Assembly (NCBI RefSeq): GCF_009914755.1
Contig: NC_060943.1
From: the human T2T-CHM13v2.0 reference genome, Homo sapiens
DNA: 64,000 nucleotides
Direction: 5' to 3' (one strand)
The first letter of the stretch is position 1, and each line of letters opens with the position of its first letter. The notes under the pieces are model-generated. The model was not told where the DNA came from. It was given only the letters and a program-made list of their open reading frames with translations, and did no database searches. A program made the translations under genes and the position numbers. Of the stretch, positions 47,657 through 64,000 are shown in pieces.

Positions 47657-47721
47657 GTGACCCTGCCTGCCCTTCGGCTCCACCGTCACCCTCCCCTCCT
47701 TGTCCTCCCAGCCACACCTGA

Positions 47722-47913
<192 letters not shown>

Positions 47914-48994
47914 TAAGACCTTCAGGGAGGCACAGCCCCCCTCACTGCTCCTCCTGGGTTCCCCAGCTCAGGGATGGCCATGCTGCCCACCTTCTCATAG
48001 GCCAGACCCATGGGTGCCTTTCTCATCTCTGACTCCCCCTTACCCCCCACAGCCCATGCCCAGCCCTGGCTGTCCTGACCCCTGACTCTCAGCCTCATCC
48101 CTTGTCCCAGCTCCAGCTCAGCCCCAGCTCCAGTGCCGTCCTCTCCCATCTAGATCCTCCTCTTGGCCTCTGGGCCTCCAGCCTCTCCCCTAACAGCTCA
48201 TCCCCTGCACAGCCCCAGAAGCTTCTTTCTTTACCTGGAGCTGACCCTGTCCCTCCTCTGCTCACAGCTCTCCCACGCCTCCCCAGTACTCCTAGACAAA
48301 GTCCATGCCTCTCAGTCAGGCATTGAGGCCCTGCAATCTCTGGTCCTTCCTCTGCCTTTAGCTGTATTCATCTCTATCTCTACTTTCCTATTTTATTTGA
48401 AAAAAACCTTTTATTTTTCCAGACTTAGCATTAGGCTCCCCTGTGGGAAGTTTCCTGACCCGTCTTCTCTTTCTCCTCTGTCCCAACTCCAGTCACCTTG
48501 GGCTGGGACTGTCTCTGCCCATGAGTCTCCCCACCAGACTGAGAGCCCCTTCAAACTAGAATCCCATCAGAGTTAGATCCAGGTCTGTAGCACAGCCTGA
48601 TATAGGGCCTGATGTATGGTAGGCGTTGAGAAATGCCTATTGAATGAATGAGTGATGGTACGTGCCTGCAGATATCCTTCAACTGGCAGACTTCTATGCA
48701 TACTTCAAGACCCATCTCAAATGCTCCTCCTTCAGGAAGTTTCTCCTGAATGTTCTAAACAGATTCTGGGCACTTCCTGTGGACCTCCATAGCTCCCATA
48801 CTGCTACCTTAACCCCTATCACCCTGGCTGTGACTCTGTGTCTCCCCCAGCAGCCGAGGGGCTCCCCAGGAAAGACTCCAGGTCTGATTCACCTCTGCAT
48901 CTTGGAGGGAGTAATTTTAATTCCCTGGAAGAACTAGGGCTCATAGTATTCACAACTTCACACCACTCAGAGGCAGAAGAGCCCAGCAGAATGA

Positions 48995-49510
<516 letters not shown>

Positions 49511-49915
49511 TAAAATAGGACATCCCTCTGTCCTGATTCATGCCTCTTGCCACAGCATAATTCCTCGTAGCACCCACTTTTACTTTCAGAGCTGCCCTGG
49601 TTTTTGGATGACAAAATATACGAATACCTTCAGTACCCCAGAGATTGCTTATGAGAATTAAATCAAATAACTCATCTCACTTCTGCTGATTCACGGGGTA
49701 CCTCAGGCAAGTTGCTTTTTCCATCTCAGCTTCAGTTCGCCCATCTGGAAAATGGCAATAATACCAAGCATCTGGCAGCCTGAGGATGAAATAAAAATCA
49801 CAGAACCTTAGAGAGTTCAGATCAGGCAATCCTGAGGTTCAGATCCCAATTCGGCCTCTTGATGGCTGTGTGGCTTGGGCAAATTGCTCAACCTCTCTGT
49901 GCTTTATTTTATTCA

Positions 49916-50234
<319 letters not shown>

Positions 50235-50259
50235 TTAAAAAAAATTTTTTTAAATTGTC

Positions 50260-53700
<3,441 letters not shown>

Positions 53701-53822
53701 TACATTTAAAAATATATATATGTGTATTTTTTCTACTGCCACTCTTAAGAGGAAGGAATGCCCTTTCTTCTGTTGAACATATAGAGTTAGGGACTGATCA
53801 GTTTGATCCATTCAAGAGTTAA

Positions 53823-54758
<936 letters not shown>

Positions 54759-54783
54759 TCACCAGAGGCAGGTCTTCATGTAG

Positions 54784-55098
<315 letters not shown>

Positions 55099-56845
55099 TA
55101 AATTTTTTGTGGAGATGGGGTCTTGCTGTGTTGCCCAGGCTGGTCCTGAACTCCTAGGCTCAAACAATCCTCCCACTTCAGCCTCCCTAAGCATTGGGAT
55201 TACAGGCATGAGCCACTGCACCTTGCTGAGAATTTTCCATTAAATACACATATTCATGTGCATATGTACACATACAGCATGAGAAAACTACTCACCACAC
55301 ATATGTATGGATGCTCAGAGAGAGAACACGAAGAGAATTTACTACAACACACAGCCTGAGAACCACTCCCCCGACATGACTAGGTGCATGCATACATACA
55401 TAACACACATACACACACACACACACACAGTGTGAGGACTCCCACTTTGCCTGCCACCAATTCCACTGAGCACACACAGACTCTCCCACCAAGCCTCTGT
55501 CTTCCCTTAACTCGTGTATCCCTCCAGGGCCTGTAGGGTGGTGCCCCAAGGCTTCTCGCAGGCTCCCCTCACCCAGCCAGTGTCCCAGCCTTCCGAATGG
55601 TCAAAATGACCCGCCACATCCTCCACTCCATCCTTCCTTCATTCATCCTCTGAATACATTTATGGATCACACCCAGGGACACAGGCCACCCTCACTAATG
55701 ATGGGAGGCACTGGCAGAATTTGTTGAGCTCCTGAATAGATGCTGTCTTGACATCCTTATTTCTTTATTTTCCCAACAACGTGCTTCTAGGAGTCCAATG
55801 GGTGAGGGCTTTATCTTCTCCACGCACTTAGACGTTGATCCGATTTTGCTTTTAGCCAGGCCTGGAGAGAACCCCTCTCTCCCTGACACAGACCTGGCCT
55901 GCAGCCCTAGGGATAATTGAGCTAAAACCCAGCTCATACTTGAGCCGTTAAGGTCCGTCCCTTGGGAAAAATGTCAGGTTATTTGTAGTGACTCCAAAGG
56001 CCCTTGTGGGAAACAGGATGTTGATGGGAGAAAGTTTGATCCCTTCAAGTAAACAAAATAAATTGGCAAGTACCAAATAGGAAGGGAGGCTAGAGGGCCC
56101 ATTCCACGGACCGAAAGTAGATACTGTCAGTGACCAGAATTGTAATGAACATCATGTGGGCAGTGGCGATCCACAGACATAGGCCTTGCTCTGTGGAACT
56201 CACAGTTCAGTGCGGGAGGCGGGTGTTGCACAAAAAGCCACCTAAGCAAATGTCAAATGACCACTGTGACTAGGGCTAGGTAGGAGAGGGGCCCCAGTGC
56301 CAGGAGCATGGGTAGCAGAGAGGCCCTGATGGGTTAAGAGAGGCTTCCTTGAGGAGGTGACAGTTAAGTAAGGAGAGGGGTGAAGGGGGAGTCTCTGAAA
56401 ATTCATAAGCCCAGCTCTATTTTCACAGCATTTGGGGGTTTAATTCATACCTCCCTGAAAGATCAGGGACCCTCCCAAACAGAAAACCCAATAGAAGTAG
56501 ATAGTGGGTCGGTGACACCCTGGGGAGTCTGGCAAACACCAGCACTGATGACCCTGGAGCTACGTGCCTTCAACCCATTCGCACAGAATTCCCAAAGATG
56601 AATTCCCAGTGAGTGAGCTCACAGTGCAAAATTACAAAACTCAGAGGGAATAATCCACCATGAGTGAGAGTCAGCTGACCTAACAGACGCTTGTATTGGA
56701 CTCTGAAGGGCTTCAGATAATAGAATTATGAAGCATCAGTTATTCATGAAATACATTTTGGGGTGATGCTGAATGAGACACCTAGGAAGGAGCCGTTCAG
56801 CAGATTTTGAATGGATGAATGAACAAACTAGGATGGGCACACTGA

Positions 56846-57460
<615 letters not shown>

Positions 57461-58401
57461 TGACCCATTAACCCACACACATATCCTGTTGACCTGTTGC
57501 TGTACCCAATCATACATCCTCCATCCACCACACAAACCATTCACCCATCCATCTGCCACCCCATCTATTCAACTACCCTAACCACCCACATACAGCCTCT
57601 CCCCCAACCAGCGTTGTGTCCAACTACTGCTCCATCCACCCAGTGACTCCCTTCCAACCCATCTCCTCTCCCCAACCCAACCCCTCCCCTATTTACCCAA
57701 CCCCAGCCCCTCAGCACCCCCTGCTGACTCCACTTAGTCACTGACTCACTGACCTGCTCATCCGCCCTCCCCTCCATCCACATCCTTCCCCAATCCAGTC
57801 AGTCATCGCTCCCTCGCTTCCTTGTTTGTTCCATTGCTCTCTCCCTCCCTGCATCGTTCATTCATTACTCGTTCAGTCCAGGAACTTCCCATGTCTCCCC
57901 TCTACTAGGTGGTGAGGGGCAGGGGCAGCTCTGGGTGTCAGAAAGACCCCGCTGGAGCCATGTAGGCAACAGACTTGGGGTGGAGGGTGCTAGAAGCTGG
58001 GGAGGCAGGGAAGAGAGGTGAACAGGTGACCTAAGGCCAGGGGTCTCTGCAGGGTTTTGTCTCTGCTAGCCCCTTTGACTTAGACATGGCTGAGTGTCCA
58101 AGACTTGGCCCTGGGGGCACTGGGGAACCATGGGAGGGCTATGAGCAGGATCAGCTCTGGAGACGTGTTGGAATGGGCTGGAGGGGAGAGATGAGAGGCT
58201 AGAAAGGAGGCTTAGGTGAGATGGGGGACTGAGCTGGGGCAGTAGGGATAGAGAGGAGACCAAGTAAAGAGAGTCAGGGAGTGAGAGGAGCGGGGCTTGC
58301 AGCCTGGGCAGGAGCTCCAGGGCAGACATCCATGTCCCTAGCACACAGAGGGAGGCTGGGCTTCCTGTGTCTGACCCGGTCCCTCCTGACCTCCTCTCCA
58401 G

Positions 58402-58563
58402 CTGAGAGATGCAGAGGTGGAGCGGGATGAGGAGCGGAAGCAGCGCACTCTGGCCGTGGCTGCCCGCAAGAAGCTGGAGGGAGAGCTGGAGGAGCTGAAG
58501 GCTCAGATGGCCTCTGCCGGCCAGGGCAAGGAGGAGGCGGTGAAGCAGCTTCGCAAGATGCAG
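58402..58563 (+). CDS. MYH14: MYH14 coding exon, rod (162 nt)
   Basis: tccag|CTG...CAG|gtaaga; [26 protein letters not shown]...QLRKMQ. Confidence 0.97.
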
Positions 58564-59265
58564 GTAAGAGCCGGCGTGAGCTGCAGGGAGGGGAGGCTTT
58601 GGTGTCTTCAAGCCCCAACCATCACTCCAGGGTCTAAGGCTAGCTCGGACCCCTCGCTCTCAACCCACAGGCAGCATCCGCATGGGTCAGCACCTTTATA
58701 AACATCCATGCCCCAGAGGCTGGCTTCCTTCTTCTTCTATTTTACATTTCTTTCATTTAAAATGCTGCACTTTTAAGTCAAATTTCCTCATTTTTTTGTT
58801 TGTTTCTTTGTTTGTTCAGTTGGTTTTTTTTTTTTTGAGACAGTCTCATTCTGTCACCCAGGCTGGAGTGCAGCGACGTGATCTCAGCTCACAGCAACTC
58901 TGCCTCCCAGGTTCAAGCAGTTCTCCTGCCTCAGCCTCCTGAGTAGCTGGGATTACAGGCGTGCGCCATAATTTTTGTATTTTTAGTAGAGACAAGGTTT
59001 TGCCATGTTGGCCAGGCTGGTCTCGATCTCTTGGCCTCAAGGGATCCACCCGCCCCCATGGTTTTGTTTTTGAAGTGAAAATACCATATGGTTTTTTGGC
59101 CAGACACAGTGGCTCACACCTGTAATCCCACCACTTTGGGAGGCCAAGATGGGCAGATCACCTGAGGTCAGGAGTTCAATACCAGCCTGGCCAATATGGT
59201 GAAACCCTGTTTCTACTAAAAATACAAGAATTAGCCAGGCATGGTGGCACGCACCTGTGGTCTCA

Positions 59266-59431
<166 letters not shown>

Positions 59432-59775
59432 TCAGAGAGGGGCAGTGGCTGGCTCACAGTCACCCAGCAAGGATATGGCCAAGTTGTAATTCAAACCCAT
59501 GTCTATCTAACTTGAAGCCAGGCTCCATCAGGCTTCCAGCTGCCTTCTAGTTCTCAGCCAGGTCAACCTCCTCCCTTGAGGACCAGAGTGGGAGAGGCTG
59601 GCTCAGGGTCACACAGCAAGTGGCTTTATACACAGGAGCCCAGGTCTGCAGGGTTCGGAGAGTTCCCTGCTTGTTCACGGGAGCTGAGGAGCCCCGTCGG
59701 TCTGGCAAGGGGGTGGAGGAGTTCCCTGTGCTGTGTGGCCAGGCTGAGCCCATCTACCTATTCCGTTCCACCCAG

Positions 59776-59904
59776 GCCCAGATGAAGGAGCTATGGCGGG
59801 AGGTGGAGGAGACACGCACCTCCCGGGAGGAGATCTTCTCCCAGAATCGGGAAAGTGAAAAGCGCCTCAAGGGCCTGGAGGCTGAGGTGCTGCGGCTGCA
59901 GGAG
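59776..59904 (+). CDS. MYH14: MYH14 coding exon, rod (129 nt)
   Basis: cccag|GCC...GAG|gtgagg; [21 protein letters not shown]...[15 protein letters not shown]. Confidence 0.97.
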
Positions 59905-59940
59905 GTGAGGCTGGGGTAGGCTGGGCCCTGGGACAGGAAG

Positions 59941-60134
59941 CTGGGAGGTGGGCAAGGCTAACCTTGAGGTCCCTGGATGTGAAGCTGGGGAGGTGGGCGG
60001 GGCTAACCACAGGGTCCCTGGATGTGAAGCTGGGGAGGTGGGCGGGGCTAACCACAGGGTCCCTGGATGTGAAGCTGGGGAGGTGGGCGGGGCTAACCAC
60101 AGGGTCCCAGGGTGTAAGGCTCGGGAGGTGGGTG
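59941..60134. repeat. 45-bp G-rich minisatellite, about 4.3 copies
   Basis: Units start at 59941, 59985, 60030, 60075, 60120; units 2 and 3 are identical. Confidence 0.95.
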
Positions 60135-60690
60135 TGTCTTACCATGTGGCCTGCAATGCCAGCCTAAGAGCAGGGATTTTGTCTTAGGGCACTAGGGAGC
60201 CATGGAAAGATCCAGAACAGAGGATGGGCAGGGTCAGCTCTGTAGCAGTTGAACTGGAGTGGGGAGATTGGAGTCACAAAGGCTGTGGGAGTGGGAGTGG
60301 GAGAGGGGAGAGAGAGAGAGATTGAGAAAGAGAGAGAGAACCCTGAGCCAGGGCCAAGGGGATGCAGAGGACGGAGAAGGCAGTCAGAAGGCAGGAGGGA
60401 GAAGGCTATGGTGAGGGGGGCCGGAGGAGGGGAGGAGAGCACTGGGGGTCTGGCCCGGTGATTGGGGGACCCTGGAGGAGAGGCAGGTTTGAGAGGAGGA
60501 CCTGTGTGCAGTAAAAGGTGGAGAGGGTGAGGGGCCTGGGGGTTGGGCTGCAAGAGGTGAGCACAGGTCAGGGGCTCAGGAGACAGATTTAGGAGACATC
60601 TGTAGGTTGAAGCTCATTCCAGGGTTACCCAGGGACAGCATGAGAAAAAAGCCAAGAGCCTTGAGGTGTGAGGGACAGAGAAAGGGGTGA

Positions 60691-60837
<147 letters not shown>

Positions 60838-60838
60838 T

Positions 60839-61020
60839 AAGTGCCCCAAGGGTCTGAAGGCTGAGGTACTGCGTCTGCAGGAGGTGAAGCTGGGGTAGGC
60901 TGGAGGTGGCTGGGCTCTGGGACAGGAAACTGGGAGGTGGGCGGGGTTAACCTCGGGGCCCCTGGGGTGTGAGGCTGGGGAGATGCGTGGGGCTAACCAC
61001 AGGGTCCTGTAGTGTGAGGC
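60839..61020 (+). repeat. Dispersed copy of the exon 59776-59904 3' end, its donor and the adjacent intron
   Basis: 39/45 nt identical to 59860-59904, followed by collinear intron and minisatellite sequence. Confidence 0.93.
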
Positions 61021-61078
61021 AAGGCACCCTCCTCTGACCATCCTGTCCTTTCATCCCCACGCCTTCCTGTCTCCCTAG

Positions 61079-61202
61079 GGCAGCCATTCTGGAGGAGAAG
61101 CGTCAGCTGGAGGGGCGCCTGGGGCAGTTGGAGGAAGAGCTGGAGGAGGAGCAGAGCAACTCAGAGCTGCTCAATGACCGCTACCGCAAGCTGCTCCTGC
61201 AG
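61079..61202 (+). CDS. MYH14: MYH14 coding exon, rod (124 nt); last exon in window
   Basis: cctag|GGCA...CAG|gtgagc; [41 protein letters not shown]. Confidence 0.97.
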
Positions 61203-61858
61203 GTGAGCGTGATTGACTGCCCCCACCAGCCTCAGTCCCCATTGACCTGGGACCGTAACCTTCAGTCCTCTTATTCAACAAATATAGAAAGGGGATATTT
61301 GAGTTGGGTTTTGAAGGTTGAATAGGAGTTCTTAAAAGGGTTGAAAGGCATGATTCACTTGTATTTCTGAGGGGTTTCTTCAGGGCTAGATCCAAAGATG
61401 AATTATGTGGGGAAACAGACATGGGCCAGCAAGTGTGATCATGGAAGTCTCCTGGGCCCAGTAGAGAGAGAGAAAAGACTTTCTGCAGGAGTCATAAGAA
61501 AACATTTGGAAAAAGAGACATTTGGCTGGGGGTTTTAAAGCATAAGTTGGAGTTCAGCAGAGGGAGAAAAGCATGTTTTCCTTTGCATATTTATTTATAA
61601 ATATTTTCTGAGGATTCCGGTGGCCCAGATCCTATTCCGGGTTATGCTGGGGACCTGGAGATGGTTAATACTAAGCCTCTGCCCTCAAACACGTCTTAGT
61701 CTAAAGGAGGAAATAGACCATCCCAATACAGAGATACAAGTGAAAATGGAGGAAACACGGGCACTGTGGGAACCTAGAAGGGACTACCAACCTAGCCTGG
61801 AGGATAGAGGCCATCAGAGAAGGCTTCCTGGTGGAGGTGATGCCTTGAGAGATCTTAA

Positions 61859-62173
<315 letters not shown>

Positions 62174-62651
62174 TGAGGCTGCAGTGAGCTATGATTGTGT
62201 CACTGCACTCCAGCCTGGGTGACTGGATGACAGAGTGAGACCCTGTCTCAAAAAAAAAAAGGTAATAATTATATGCTCAACAGTTATGTGTAGTAAGACT
62301 ACTTTTTAAATGGAGAGAATGGGGAAAATATGCAAAATGTTTTAACCTACTTTAATTGATGGTGATAGTATTAGCACTGTTTTTCTGAGACACTGAGTTT
62401 ATAATGTGGGATAAAGTAAATGATCAAAGATGGGATACTATGTCATCTACTACGTCCTTGACATCAGGGTACTCAGCACCAAAGAACCTTGATATAGTTG
62501 TCCTAGAGAAGAGATTAAGTTTTTTTTTTTTAAAAAAAAAAAAAACAGGCCAGGTGTGGCCGGGCGCGGTGGCTCACGCCTGTAATCCCAGAACTTTGGG
62601 AGGCCGAGGCGGGCAGATCACGAGGTCAGGAGATCAAGACCATCCTGGCTA

Positions 62652-62903
<252 letters not shown>

Positions 62904-64000
62904 TCAGCACTTTGGGAGGCCAAGGTGGAAGGATCGCTTGAGCCCAGGTGTTTGAGACCAGCCTGGGCAACACAGTGAGACCCCATCTCTACAAAAAATA
63001 TATGTGAAATAAAAAGAGAAAAGAAATTACGTTTAGTGGGGCGCAGTGGGTCACGCCTGGAATCCCAGCACTTTTGGTGGATTGCTTTTAGCGTAGGAGC
63101 TCCAGACCAGCTTGGATGACATGGCAAAACTCCATCCCTACACAAAATTGAAAAATTAGCTGGGTGTGGTGGTGCACACCTATAGTCCCAGCTACCCAGG
63201 AGGCTGAGTTGGGAGGATCACCTGAGCCCAGGGAGGTCGAAGCTGCAGTGAGCCATGATTGCACCACTGCACTCCAGCCTGGGCAACATAGTGAGACCCT
63301 GTCTCAAAAAGAAAAGTGATAAATTATGTTTAAAAAATAGTTTAAGCCAGGCGCAGTGGCTCATGCCTATAATCCTAGCACTTTGGGAGGCCGAGGCGGG
63401 TAGATCATGAGGTCAGGAGTTCAAGACCAGCCTGGCCAACATGGTGAAACCCCGTCTCTACTAAAAATACAAAAACTAGCCAGGCGTGGTGGCGGGCACC
63501 TGTAGTCCAGCTACTCGGGAGGCTGGAGCAGAGAATTGCTTGAACCCAGGAGGCGGAGGTTGCAGTGATCTGAGATCGTGCCACTACACTCCAGCCTGGG
63601 TGACAGAGCGAGACTTCGTCTCAAAAAAAAAAAAAAAGTTTAAAAACAAAACTAAGCAAACCCCTGTAGTTCTCAGTTTGACTTCATCATATTCATGTGA
63701 ACTGGTGATGTATTTTATACAGATCCAGTCTCTCTGACCACCCAAAAGGCCTAGAAACAGGGAACCCAGTAGCAATGAGTATCCCTATGTCCACGTTGTG
63801 ATCTGGAAATGCTGTTTCCCTCTAAAAGAAACTGGGGCTGGCTGGGCGCAGTGGCTCACACCTGTAATCCTAGCTCTTTGGAAGGCTAAGGCAGGAGGAT
63901 TGCTTGAGCCCAGGAGTTTGAGACCAGCCTGAGCAACTCAGTAAGACCCCGTCTCTACAAAAAAAAAAATTAGCCAGGTGCGATGGCGGGCACGCCTGCG

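Noticed and set aside
60839-60883. Duplicated exon end as a mutually exclusive coding exon
   Set aside because: It has no acceptor of its own, begins 2 nt into the intron, and an in-frame TAA blocks read-through from the 89-nt exon.

Overview
Mammalian (human-like, very Alu-rich) genomic DNA lying entirely inside the + strand gene MYH14 (non-muscle myosin heavy chain IIC). I resolve 29 GT-AG exons between 11760 and 61202. The 28 constitutive exons total 4256 nt and splice into one uninterrupted frame covering the motor domain (switch II, relay, loop 2, SH1 helix, converter), the IQ neck and most of the coiled-coil rod. The alternative loop-2 C2 exon is at 22734-22832. Start and stop codons lie outside the window. 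Introns hold about 70 Alus plus MIR, L2, L1M, THE1, MLT1, MER21, MER33, MER44 and MER58 fossils and several minisatellites. I see no separate novel gene system. The most unusual structures are: (i) an intron built mostly from a copy of an upstream exon end plus donor, where the copy supplies part of a working 5' splice site; (ii) a second in-frame donor on the C2 exon giving a 41-aa instead of 33-aa insert; (iii) repeated short local sequence copies, two of them inserted into DNA-transposon fossils; (iv) dense splicing-regulatory and promoter-like motif clusters. Repeat family names and paralog or mouse comparisons are from memory, not from a search.
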